From NCBI RefSeq assembly GCF_000195755.1, contig NC_002937.3:930001-962000 (forward strand): a stretch of DNA of 32,000 bases, given 5' to 3'. The notes beneath the pieces are model-generated. The model made no database searches, was not told the origin of the DNA, and was given only the letters and a program-made list of their open reading frames with translations. The position numbers were made by a program, and so were the translations under genes. This DNA comes from Nitratidesulfovibrio vulgaris str. Hildenborough. Its GTDB lineage: Bacteria; Desulfobacterota; Desulfovibrionia; Desulfovibrionales; Desulfovibrionaceae. Of this stretch, positions 22,490-31,116 are shown in pieces; position 1 is the stretch's first letter, and every line of letters starts with the position of its first letter.

Positions 22490-23608
22490 CTAGCCTTCCG
22501 GGATATTGCGCCCGGCATGGGCGAGTACGTCGTCGTAGATGTCGGCTGCCCGTTGCGTGATGCGGCGGATGTCGAACAGTTCGACGGCCTTTTGACGACC
22601 TGCTTCGCCCATGCGTCGGGCGACGACGGGGTTGCGCAGCAACCAGAGGATGGCTGCCGCATATTCTTCCGCATTGCCTGCCACGATGCCCGTCACGCCG
22701 TGCTGTACCAGTTCGAGTTGGGCGTTGTCGCGCAACTCGGGGCAGGGGTGCGTCACGACGGGCAGGGCCGCGCTCATGGCCTCGGCTATGGCAAGGCCGA
22801 AACTCTCACCCGTGTCATTGGCGTGGGCGAAGACGGAGAGGCGGCCGTAGAATGCCGCAAGTTCCTTGTCGTCGAGAAGGGGCGGCATGAAGCGTACATG
22901 TTCGCCTAGGCCATGGTCAGAGACGAAGGACTCGGCTTCGGGGATGCCGCCGACCACAAGGTAGCGGAAATCATGAAGTTCACCACGGAGCAGCGGCAGA
23001 AAGTCCAGCGCAAGGCGTGACCATTTGCCGGGGTCGGGGCGTGATAGCCTGCCGATGACAGGACGGCTGTAGTCCCGTGCGGCGGGCGGCGGCGTACCCT
23101 TGATGAACACCCGGGTGTCCACGGGGTTGTACAGTACGTCATAGCGGGGCGGCGTCGCGGGAATGCCGTGGACGGCCGCATACCTGCGGGCGCAGAAGTG
23201 CGAGACGAACAGGGTGCGGTCGATGCAGCGGGCTGCCGCAGAAGGGTCGTGTCTGCCGAAGACGTTGGTCTCGATGAAGCGAGGCAGGGTCAACCCAGCT
23301 TGTGTGGTACGGCAAGCTGCCCGTAGTGCCCTGAGAAGGGCAGGCGTGGGCCACCCGCCGCGGTGGATATGCACGATGTCGGCTTTGAGACGGCGCGCCC
23401 ACATTCCCGGGTCGCCCCCTATATGGACGACAACGCCGGCCTCGCGCAGCATGGCACTTCGTGGCCCGTCCTGCGGAGACCAGACGGCACAGGTGTATCG
23501 GGTCGCATCCATATGGCAGGCGAGCGATTGCAGGACCTTTTCGGTGCCGCCGCAGCCCATGGAAGGTGCGATATGCAGCACAAGGCGAGGAGAGGTCTGG
23601 CCTTTCAC
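22490..23608 (-). CDS. Family-1 (GT-B, GT4-like) glycosyltransferase
   Basis: RLVLHIAPSMGCGGTEKV near the N-terminus and the EX7E-type C-terminal region ..ANDTGESFGLAIAEAMSAALPVV... The start is uncertain. GTG 23608 (VKGQTSPRLVLHI) follows ACGGAG by 6 nt. The track start at 23731 is also GTG and would add 41 low-complexity residues. Confidence 0.8.
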   Translation of the reverse strand: MKGQTSPRLVLHIAPSMGCGGTEKVLQSLACHMDATRYTCAVWSPQDGPRSAMLREAGVVVHIGGDPGMWARRLKADIVHIHRGGWPTPALLRALRAACRTTQAGLTLPRFIETNVFGRHDPSAAARCIDRTLFVSHFCARRYAAVHGIPATPPRYDVLYNPVDTRVFIKGTPPPAARDYSRPVIGRLSRPDPGKWSRLALDFLPLLRGELHDFRYLVVGGIPEAESFVSDHGLGEHVRFMPPLLDDKELAAFYGRLSVFAHANDTGESFGLAIAEAMSAALPVVTHPCPELRDNAQLELVQHGVTGIVAGNAEEYAAAILWLLRNPVVARRMGEAGRQKAVELFDIRRITQRAADIYDDVLAHAGRNIPEG

Positions 23609-23767
23609 TGCTGGCTCCGTTGACGCTGGGGGCAGTCGTATACCGGTTCGGGTAGGTGAGGTCTGTGTGGGCAATGCCGTGGCGACTTGCGGGGAATGGG
23701 GTCGCACCCGGTTGCTGCTGGCGTTCCGCACGTCAGCACGTCAGGCTTGGCACCGTGCGAGGCAGGC

Positions 23768-24673
23768 CTACCCCTGTGACAGCTTCCTGTAGAGATTGCT
23801 CGCTGCAAGCCGCTTGTTGGCGAAACCGCCCGGTATGCCCTGCCCGTCGGGCACGGTATGTCCGGCATGATCGGCCTGTCCCGTCGGGACGGCCTGTTTA
23901 GAAGGGGCAGAGGGGGCAGCCGGAGGCGCGGGCGCAGTGGTGGTCTGTCCGCCCGGTGACGCGAAGGGGAGTGTGCCGTGCGCGGCTGCGGGGGGAGGCG
24001 TCTGCCCATGGGCGGCAGGGCCACCGGGGGCGGCTGGCGCGCCGGTCTGTGGTGCGGGGCGTGTCGCCTCCTGTACCGCGGAGGGGGCCACGTGGGCTGG
24101 CGGTGGCATGACAGGCCTTTCGAAAGCCACGCCAGCTGCGGCTGGGGCCTGCGGTGTCGTCTGTCCGTAAGCTGCGTTGGCTTGCGCACGGGCCGCGAAA
24201 CCCGCGGGCGGGCGTGGCAGACCGGGCATGACCGGGGCCCCACGCTGCGGCATGGCGGATGCGGGCGATTGGCGGGCCGCCACATCGGCGGCGGCTGCCT
24301 GCGCTTCGGGCGTGTTGACGATTTGTGCATAGGCACCGCGCAAGCCCGAAAGGACCTTGATGACCTCGTCGATGAGGTTGGGGTCGAGCTTCAGGTTGGC
24401 ACTGAGCAGTCGGGTGCTGCAATAGAAGTAGAGCTTGTGGAGATTGTCTGCCAGTTCGCCGCCCTTTTCGGCGTTGAGGCTGCTGTCGAGTTCGTTGATG
24501 ACGTCGAGCGCCTTGGAGATGAGCACGCCCTTACCGGCCATGTCACGGGCCGCCATGCGTTCCTTCGCCTGCGTCAGGAATTTGATCGCACCGTCGTAGA
24601 GCAGCAGCAGAAGCTCGCCCTGCGATGTGGTCGTCACCTGAGTCTGGAGGTACGCCTGTGCCGCCTTGTGCAT
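23768..24673 (-). CDS. fliS: Flagellar export chaperone FliS with a Pro/Ala-rich C-terminal extension of roughly 170 aa
   Basis: The N-terminal 125 aa or so form a canonical FliS four-helix pattern: AYLQTQVTTTSQGELLLLLYDGAIKFL..A..KALDVINEL..SL..E.GGELADNLHKLYFY...L..AN. The ORF then continues in frame to 301 aa. AAGGAGAG Shine-Dalgarno site; starts 10 nt after the fliD stop. Confidence 0.85.
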   Translation of the reverse strand: MHKAAQAYLQTQVTTTSQGELLLLLYDGAIKFLTQAKERMAARDMAGKGVLISKALDVINELDSSLNAEKGGELADNLHKLYFYCSTRLLSANLKLDPNLIDEVIKVLSGLRGAYAQIVNTPEAQAAAADVAARQSPASAMPQRGAPVMPGLPRPPAGFAARAQANAAYGQTTPQAPAAAGVAFERPVMPPPAHVAPSAVQEATRPAPQTGAPAAPGGPAAHGQTPPPAAAHGTLPFASPGGQTTTAPAPPAAPSAPSKQAVPTGQADHAGHTVPDGQGIPGGFANKRLAASNLYRKLSQG

Positions 24674-24683
24674 GTATCTCTCC

Positions 24684-26411
24684 TTACTGCTTGCTGAGCT
24701 GTGTTATCTGGCTCTGGAGCGACTGGTTGAGCTGGTCGTAACGGGCGAGCGTGGCTGAGAGCGTAGCGAACTGGTTGCGCATGGTGCGTTCCCACTTCTC
24801 GATGCGCGAGGTCTCGCTTTCGATCTTCTTGTCGATGTCGTCCATGATGTCCGTGTAGTTGTTCTCAAGGACGGCCAACGTACCATTCTTGCCCAGCATG
24901 TCTGTGAGCATGCCGTCGATGTCGGCGGCCTTGCCCTGTTTGATGCGCACGCGGCTTGAATACGAACCGGGGGCGAGGTTGTCCACCTGCAGCAGAAGAC
25001 CTCGAGAGTTGCCGTCCATGGAGGTCAGCGTGTGCGAGGCATCGTCGACCTTGGCGGGGCGGCCGTCTATGACGGCGTTGACGATCTTGCCTGAGGCATC
25101 GACCTCGTAGCTGACGTCATAGATGCCCGCCTTGGTCACGCCGTTGACCTTGGACTGGTAGGAGAAGTCGGGCGAGTCGGAGACGCCGATGCCATCGGCG
25201 GCGAAGAGTTCGGCCACCGCTGTGGGGTTGTTCTTGAGCGCCGCGTCGAGCTTCTCCTGATCGATGGTGAGCAGTCCGTAGTTGGGGTTGCCCTCCTCGG
25301 CGTTGGTGAGGATGCCTATCTGGGCGAGCGAGCTGTAGATGTCGCCGCGGTTGATGTTGCCATCCTTGTACTGGTACTCGAAGCCGGTGCTCTTGTCGGC
25401 GATGGCTGTCTTGAGCCGCGAGGAGATGAGCTGCACACCGTAGTTGCCGGTCAGGATAGAGCCTTTCTGCGCCTGAAAGAGCGATGCAGACTTGTCGGCA
25501 CTGATGGTGGCCTTGTTGCTATCGACCTTGGTCTGTTCGGTGATCTTCGAGCGCACGGCGTTCATGCCGTCCACGAAGGCGGTGATCTTCTCCTTGATCT
25601 TCTCGATGTCCGTGGCGACCGTAAGCTGCGTCGTCCCCACATCCTTGAGGGAGATGTTGAGACCTTCGATGACGTTGGAGACCGTGTTGCTGGTGGACTT
25701 GAGCCAGCCCGTGGCGGGCCAGCCGTTGACGCGGAACTCCGCGTCCGTGGCCTGCTGCGTCTGCCATTTGGTGGGGTCGTTGCCCGGCAGCTTCGAGAGA
25801 TTCGTGGAGGCGTCGATGGTGAGCGATGCCTCGGAACCGAGGTCCATCCCGTGCATCTGGAACGTCCACGCATTGCCGTTCTGTACGAACGAGGCACGTA
25901 CACCGGGGTTCTGCGGGTCGTTGTTGATGATGTTCTTGAGCCCGTCGAGGGTGGTGCCGGGGGGCACTGTCATGGTGCGCGTCGTGCCCTTGTAGGTATA
26001 GACGAACGACTGGTCGGTGGTGGAGGTGTTCACCTGTTGCGTCTTGTCGGCGAACGTGTCGTTGAACGTCCAGATACCGTTGCTGGCGAGCTTGTTGACT
26101 TCGATGCGGTAGGTGCCTTCCAGCGCGGCGGAAGAGGTCGTGGCAGAGGCGACGGCTGCGTTCGAGCTTGAAGCCGTCTTCACGAGGAACTCTTCGAGCG
26201 TGTCCATGCCGTCCACGACGTTCTTGAACGTGGCGAGTTCGGTACGCAAGTCGCCGAAGGCGTCCTTGCGGCGTTGCCAGTCCGCCTTCCACAGGGTGAG
26301 GCGGTTCATGGGCACTTGTTCGATCTTCTTCAGGCCGTCGATGACCTGTGCGAAGTCGACGCCGCCGCCGAGACCGGTGAAGTTGATACTGCCGGAAAGA
26401 TAGTCAGCCAT
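24684..26411 (-). CDS. fliD: Flagellar filament capping protein (hook-associated protein 2)
   Basis: Trimmed to MADYLSGSINFTGLGGGVDFAQVIDGLKKIEQVPMNRL (ATG 26411, GGGGAG Shine-Dalgarno site), which is a typical FliD N-terminus. The C-terminal ..RIEKWERTMRNQFATLSATLARYDQLNQSLQSQI is a typical FliD C-terminal coiled coil. Confidence 0.9.
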   Translation of the reverse strand: MADYLSGSINFTGLGGGVDFAQVIDGLKKIEQVPMNRLTLWKADWQRRKDAFGDLRTELATFKNVVDGMDTLEEFLVKTASSSNAAVASATTSSAALEGTYRIEVNKLASNGIWTFNDTFADKTQQVNTSTTDQSFVYTYKGTTRTMTVPPGTTLDGLKNIINNDPQNPGVRASFVQNGNAWTFQMHGMDLGSEASLTIDASTNLSKLPGNDPTKWQTQQATDAEFRVNGWPATGWLKSTSNTVSNVIEGLNISLKDVGTTQLTVATDIEKIKEKITAFVDGMNAVRSKITEQTKVDSNKATISADKSASLFQAQKGSILTGNYGVQLISSRLKTAIADKSTGFEYQYKDGNINRGDIYSSLAQIGILTNAEEGNPNYGLLTIDQEKLDAALKNNPTAVAELFAADGIGVSDSPDFSYQSKVNGVTKAGIYDVSYEVDASGKIVNAVIDGRPAKVDDASHTLTSMDGNSRGLLLQVDNLAPGSYSSRVRIKQGKAADIDGMLTDMLGKNGTLAVLENNYTDIMDDIDKKIESETSRIEKWERTMRNQFATLSATLARYDQLNQSLQSQITQLSKQ

Positions 26412-26510
26412 GTTCGCTCCCCTGTGCGGAAGTTTTTGCCTTGCACGAGGCTCATCCAAACGGATGCAATCCAGATGCCACGTGACTGGACGCAGGGGCT
26501 CCTGCCGTTG

Positions 26511-26538
26511 TTATCGGCAACGCGAGCGCAGAGCTTTA
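26511..26538 (-). promoter_or_regulatory. Sigma28 (FliA)-type promoter for fliD-fliS
   Basis: The minus strand reads TAAAG (plus coordinates 26534-26538), N15, then GCCGATAA (26511-26518). The enterobacterial consensus is TAAA-N15-GCCGATAA, so the -10 element matches exactly and the spacer is one nucleotide longer. It lies about 100 nt upstream of the fliD ATG and immediately after the tsaB stop. Confidence 0.55.
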
Positions 26539-26548
26539 GAGCGGGAGG

Positions 26549-27334
26549 TCAGAACTGTCGACAGGCCGACTCGTCGGCACTGAGGGTGGTCAGTCGCGCG
26601 AGGGTGTTCCGGGCCGCATCGGGGTCGATGCCGCGTCGCGTCACGAGGTCGGCGAGGTTCTCTTCGGCATCGCAGGGGCGCAGGTAGAAGGGCTGCACAT
26701 CGTCGTGCGACCACGTCGCCGCGGCAGTGAGGCGTATGAGCGACTGGATGGTGGGCTGGTCATGGTCGGCGGGCAGCAGCAACGCCGCCGGAAGGTGCTC
26801 GGCGAAGAAGGCTCGGTTGCGGCTGAGCCCCGAACCGAGCACCACAGGTGCACCGCCGAATCTGAGTATGCGCTCGACAGCCCCCTGCAGATTCAGGGCC
26901 TCGACACGGGCGACAGGCACCGGCAGGCTGTCGCAGCCACGGGTGGTGAAACCCTGCATGTGCACGAGGCCCCTGCGGGCATGGGTGACCGCCCACACCA
27001 GCATGCCGGGCAACTGGCACGCCCTGTCCGCAAGGGCGTGCATGTAGTCGATGCCCGCTGTCTGCGCTCCGGTGGAGCGGGCGAGGGCCGCCGCGGTCGA
27101 GAGGACGAGCCTCAGTCCCGTGAAGCTGCCGGGGCCGTTCACACAGGCGATGCGGTCGATGTCGCCTATGGAGAGGTGCATACGGGCGAAGCCCTCTCGC
27201 AACGCCGGGGTGAGCAGTTCAGTCCCGCGTGAGGGGGCGTCCCACGCCTGTGCGAAGAGGCGCTGCCCGTCGCGCAGCACGGCAAGTTGCAGCAGCCCCT
27301 CGGCCGCGTTCATGATGAGGGTGAGACCGCTCAT
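26549..27334 (-). CDS. tsaB: tRNA N6-threonylcarbamoyladenosine (t6A) biosynthesis protein TsaB (YeaZ family)
   Basis: 261 aa. The pattern ..LIMNAAEG.LQLAVL.., ..IDRIACVNGPGSFTGLRLVLSTAAALA.. is typical of TsaB/YeaZ. An ATGA overlap links it to the rseP stop. Confidence 0.8.
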   Translation of the reverse strand: MSGLTLIMNAAEGLLQLAVLRDGQRLFAQAWDAPSRGTELLTPALREGFARMHLSIGDIDRIACVNGPGSFTGLRLVLSTAAALARSTGAQTAGIDYMHALADRACQLPGMLVWAVTHARRGLVHMQGFTTRGCDSLPVPVARVEALNLQGAVERILRFGGAPVVLGSGLSRNRAFFAEHLPAALLLPADHDQPTIQSLIRLTAAATWSHDDVQPFYLRPCDAEENLADLVTRRGIDPDAARNTLARLTTLSADESACRQF

Positions 27335-28395
27335 TGCCCGATGCGCACGATGTCGTTGTAGGTGGCAAGGAACATGAGACCCAGCAGCAGGACGAGGCCC
27401 ATGCGCGTGGTCACCTCCTGCACCTTCTGCGGCACAGGTCTGCGGAAGAGCATCTCCAGCCCGAGGAAGATGATGTGCCCGCCGTCAAGGACGGGGATGG
27501 GCAGCAGGTTCAGCAGGCCGAGGTTGATGCTGATGAGGGCGGCAAGTGCCAGAACGCCTGTGATTCCAGAGTCCTTGGCTTCACGGCTGACCATCTGTGC
27601 GATCATGATGGGGCCGCCCACCGTGTCGAGGGGAACGACGCGTTCGAAGAGCTTCACGACACCCTTGCCCGTCATGGCTATCATCGTCCATGTCTGGCGT
27701 GCGCCGGTGACGGCGGCTTCGACCGGGGTCTGCGGCAAGGTCATGGTGGCGCCGGAAGCCTGAATGCCGATGAGGAAGGCGTCCTCCTCGTCACCGAAGA
27801 TGGTCTTGCGGGTGCGGTGTTCGGGCACGATGCGAAGTTCGTGCTGCCCTTCGTTGCGCGTCAGGCTGAGTGTCACGGGGGCACCCTTGCTGGCGGCAAT
27901 GGCGTCGGAGACCTGGTCCCACCGTTCGATGGATACGCCGTCGATGGCGACGATGCGGTCGCCCGACTGCACGCCCGCAGCGGCAGCGGGGCCGCCTTCC
28001 AGTACCTTGCCCACTTCGGGCAGCACGATGAACTGCCCGTGCACGAAGGTCAGGCCCCAGTAGATGAACCACGCCAGAAGCAGGTTGAACACCGGGCCTG
28101 CCGCGATCACGATGAGCCTGTGCCATGCAGGGCGCGCAGAGAACATCTGCCCCTTGGTGAACCCCTCGGGAATCTCGTCGTCGCTTTCACCCGCGAGGGA
28201 GACGTACCCGCCAAGCGGGATGAGCGACAGGCGGTAGTCGGTCTGCCCGCTGCGCCAGCCGAAGATGCGTGGGCCGAATCCCAGCGAGAAGGTGTGGACG
28301 CCTATGCCCAGTACGCGGGCGGCGAGATAGTGCCCCAGTTCGTGGAAGAAGATGAGACCGCCGAGAACCAGAAGCACAGAAAAGAAGCTGCTCAT
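27331..28395 (-). CDS. rseP: Site-2 intramembrane zinc metalloprotease RseP (M50 family)
   Basis: 354 aa. HELGHYLAAR zinc motif in the first transmembrane helix, one PDZ-like segment (GDRIVAIDG), and a C-terminal NLLPIPVLDGGH motif. Confidence 0.9.
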   Translation of the reverse strand: MSSFFSVLLVLGGLIFFHELGHYLAARVLGIGVHTFSLGFGPRIFGWRSGQTDYRLSLIPLGGYVSLAGESDDEIPEGFTKGQMFSARPAWHRLIVIAAGPVFNLLLAWFIYWGLTFVHGQFIVLPEVGKVLEGGPAAAAGVQSGDRIVAIDGVSIERWDQVSDAIAASKGAPVTLSLTRNEGQHELRIVPEHRTRKTIFGDEEDAFLIGIQASGATMTLPQTPVEAAVTGARQTWTMIAMTGKGVVKLFERVVPLDTVGGPIMIAQMVSREAKDSGITGVLALAALISINLGLLNLLPIPVLDGGHIIFLGLEMLFRRPVPQKVQEVTTRMGLVLLLGLMFLATYNDIVRIGQ

Positions 28396-29618
28396 GCCAT
28401 GCCGTCCGTGTTGGAGTGTCCGGCCCGTTCGTACACGGTGCGCCTCGTCGCCTCGTCGAGGGCCTCGATGCCTTCGATGTCGTGCGGCGTGGTTCCGTCG
28501 TGCATGTCGAGGGCACGGGCGATGATGTCCGGGATGTCGAGAAAGCGGATGCGGTCGCTCAGGAAGAGGGACACGGCCACCTCATTGGCGGCGTTGAGCA
28601 CCACGGGCATGCCGCGTCCTTCCCGGTAGGCGCGGCGTGCCAGTTCGAGGCACGGGAAAGAGTGTAAGTCCGGCTCTTCGAAGGTCAAGCTGCCAGCCTT
28701 GACGAGGTCGAGGCGCGGCACCCCCGCGTCGACGACGCCGGGCCACGTGAGGCAATAGGCGATGGCGATGCGCATGTCGGGTGTGCCGAGATGCGCAATC
28801 TGCGAACCGTCTTCGTATTCGACCAGCGAGTGGACGATGGATTGCGGGTGCACCACCACGCCCACGTCGTCGATGCCCACGCCATACAGGTGACAGGCCT
28901 CGATGACTTCAAGCCCCTTGTTCATGAGTGTGGCGGAGTCGATGCTTATCTTCGCCCCCATGTTCCAGTTGGGGTGTGCGAGGGCATCACGGCAGCTGAC
29001 CGCGGCAAGGTCGTCCCTTGAGCGGCCCCTGAAGGGCCCGCCCGAAGCGGTGAGGATGATGCGCCGTACAGAGGCCGGGTCGTGCCCCTGCAGGGCCTGA
29101 AAGATGGCGTTGTGTTCGGAGTCGACGGGCAGGATGACCGCGCCGCTTCCGGCGCAGTGGCGGCGGATGATGTCACCCGCGAGCACGAGCGATTCCTTGT
29201 TGGCGAGGCAGATGACCTTGCCATGCCGGGCCGCCGCTTCGGTGGCGCGCAGTCCTGCGGCCCCCACCTGTGCGGAGAGGACGGTTCCGGCCTCCGGCAG
29301 GGTCGCCATGGTGGCATACCCTTCAGGGCCGATGTGGATGTGCGGGGCGTACCCGGCGGGCAGCAGGTCCCGCAGCTTTGCAGCGCCCGTGGCATCCAGT
29401 ACGCCGAGGTGTTCAGGACGCCATCGTGCGGCCTGCGCGGCCAGCTTCTCCACATTTCGAGCCCCGGCCAGTGCCACCACTTTGAAACGGTGCGGATGTG
29501 CCTCGACGACGCGAAGGGCGCTGGTGCCGATGGAACCTGTGCTCCCCAGCAGGGCGAGTGTGCGCGGTGTCTCGTGCTCCCATTCCGGCGATGGCATGGC
29601 GGAGATATAGCGTATCAT
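28392..29618 (-). CDS. dxr: 1-deoxy-D-xylulose-5-phosphate reductoisomerase
   Basis: 408 aa. LALLGSTGSIGTSAL NADPH fold, LANKESLV, DSEHNAIFQ, ILTASGGPFR, NMGAKISIDSATLMNKGLE. GGAAGGA Shine-Dalgarno site 8 nt upstream; ATGA overlap with the upstream gene's stop. Confidence 0.95.
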   Translation of the reverse strand: MIRYISAMPSPEWEHETPRTLALLGSTGSIGTSALRVVEAHPHRFKVVALAGARNVEKLAAQAARWRPEHLGVLDATGAAKLRDLLPAGYAPHIHIGPEGYATMATLPEAGTVLSAQVGAAGLRATEAAARHGKVICLANKESLVLAGDIIRRHCAGSGAVILPVDSEHNAIFQALQGHDPASVRRIILTASGGPFRGRSRDDLAAVSCRDALAHPNWNMGAKISIDSATLMNKGLEVIEACHLYGVGIDDVGVVVHPQSIVHSLVEYEDGSQIAHLGTPDMRIAIAYCLTWPGVVDAGVPRLDLVKAGSLTFEEPDLHSFPCLELARRAYREGRGMPVVLNAANEVAVSLFLSDRIRFLDIPDIIARALDMHDGTTPHDIEGIEALDEATRRTVYERAGHSNTDGMA

Positions 29619-31084
29619 GCGTGCAGTCCTTCCGGCCCGAGGGCCGCAAGCTCACGTCCGAAGCGGGACATGAGGTCGAACAGCATTCGTATGTCGTCGT
29701 CGGTGGTTCGATGGTTGGCGACACACAGACGGACACCTGCGCGGCCGCGCACAAGTGCGGGGGTGAGAAAGCCTTCTCCCGACTGTTCGAGTCGTTGCAG
29801 CAGGGCGACCTGAAGGCGGTCGGTCGCGGCCTCATCCCAGTGCGGTGCCCCCGCCATGGCGGAAGGGACGAACCGGGCACAGGCGATGGAGAGGGCCACC
29901 GGGGCGAGCACCTGCCACTCGGGTGATTCGGTGCACAGGTCATGAAAAAGCCGCGCCTGCGCCATGTTGCGTTCGATGATGCGTGCAAGTTTCGCCGTGC
30001 CGTATGTCCTGAAGGCGAACCAGACCTTCAGGGCGCGGTTGGCCCGACTCAGGATGAACGTGGTGTTCTTCAGGTCGTGTGGGCTTTCCTGGCCGAGATA
30101 GGCCGCCTTGGCCTTGAACGTGTCGGTCTGCACGGTGCGGTCGCGGAAGAGGGTGCAGCCGCATTCGAGGGGGATGAAGAACCATTTGTGCGGGTCGACG
30201 CAGACCGAGTCGGCCCTTTCGATGCCGTGCAGCAGCGAGCGACCGTGCTGCGTCAGCAGGGCAGCACCGCCATAGGCTGCGTCGACATGCAGCCACAGGC
30301 CTTCGTCGGCGCAGATGTCGGCCAGCGCGTCCAGAGGGTCGACGGCCCCGGCGGTGACGGTGCCTGCCTGCCCCACGACACAGAAGGGGGCGAAGCCCGC
30401 GGCCCTGTCGGCGCGGATGCGCTCGCGCAGCGCCTCCGGGATGATGCGGCATGCCGCGTCGGAAGGGATGGCCCGGACGTTCTCGCTGCCGAGGCCAAGC
30501 AGGGCCGCCGAACGTTCGATGGACATGTGCCCCTGGTCGGAGACGTAGAGCACGGGCGTCTTGTCGAGCGCACACAGGCCTCGCGTGCCGACCTCCGGGA
30601 AGTGTGCATGGCGCGCGACGGTGAGGCCCATGAGATTGGCCATGGTCCCGCCGGAGACGATGGTGCCGCCCGCCCCTTCGGGGAAGCCCAGCAGTCTGTG
30701 GAACCAGCCGAGTACGATCTCCTCGAGCACTGTGGCGGCGGGGCCGCCCTTGAACGAGAGCGGTGCCTGATTGAGACCGGTGCAGAGCACGTCGCCGATG
30801 GTTCCGGCGGGTGCTGGGCTGGTGGTTATCCATGCGAGAAAGCGCGGGTGTCCGATGCGGGTGGCGAAAGGCGCCACATGGTCGGCGACCTCCTGCAAGG
30901 CGGCGTCCACGCCGATGCCCTCCACGGGCAGGTCACCGGGAATGGCGGCGACGATGGCGTCGTGAGAGGCGGGATGCACCACCGGGGCGTCGGCGATGTG
31001 CGCGATGCGGTCGGCGATCATTCCGGCGACGCGGGTGAGGTCGCCGTGCAGGTCGTCGAGGTCGAGCGTCTCGAAGGGTGGCAT
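29615..31084 (-). CDS. Group II pyridoxal-phosphate-dependent amino-acid decarboxylase (aromatic-amino-acid/glutamate decarboxylase family)
   Basis: Contains ..SGGTMANLMGL.., ..HVDAAYGG.., and the PLP-lysine motif SVCVDPHKWF. The track ORF (to 31372) runs through cdsA and is trimmed. ATG 31084 (MPPFETLDL) has GGAGA 8 nt upstream. ATG 31117 would give a TGATG overlap with the cdsA stop; 31108 is also possible. Confidence 0.85.
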   Translation of the reverse strand: MPPFETLDLDDLHGDLTRVAGMIADRIAHIADAPVVHPASHDAIVAAIPGDLPVEGIGVDAALQEVADHVAPFATRIGHPRFLAWITTSPAPAGTIGDVLCTGLNQAPLSFKGGPAATVLEEIVLGWFHRLLGFPEGAGGTIVSGGTMANLMGLTVARHAHFPEVGTRGLCALDKTPVLYVSDQGHMSIERSAALLGLGSENVRAIPSDAACRIIPEALRERIRADRAAGFAPFCVVGQAGTVTAGAVDPLDALADICADEGLWLHVDAAYGGAALLTQHGRSLLHGIERADSVCVDPHKWFFIPLECGCTLFRDRTVQTDTFKAKAAYLGQESPHDLKNTTFILSRANRALKVWFAFRTYGTAKLARIIERNMAQARLFHDLCTESPEWQVLAPVALSIACARFVPSAMAGAPHWDEAATDRLQVALLQRLEQSGEGFLTPALVRGRAGVRLCVANHRTTDDDIRMLFDLMSRFGRELAALGPEGLHA

Positions 31085-31116
31085 GGTCGTGGTCTCCGCC
31101 TCCGGCATGTGTCCCA

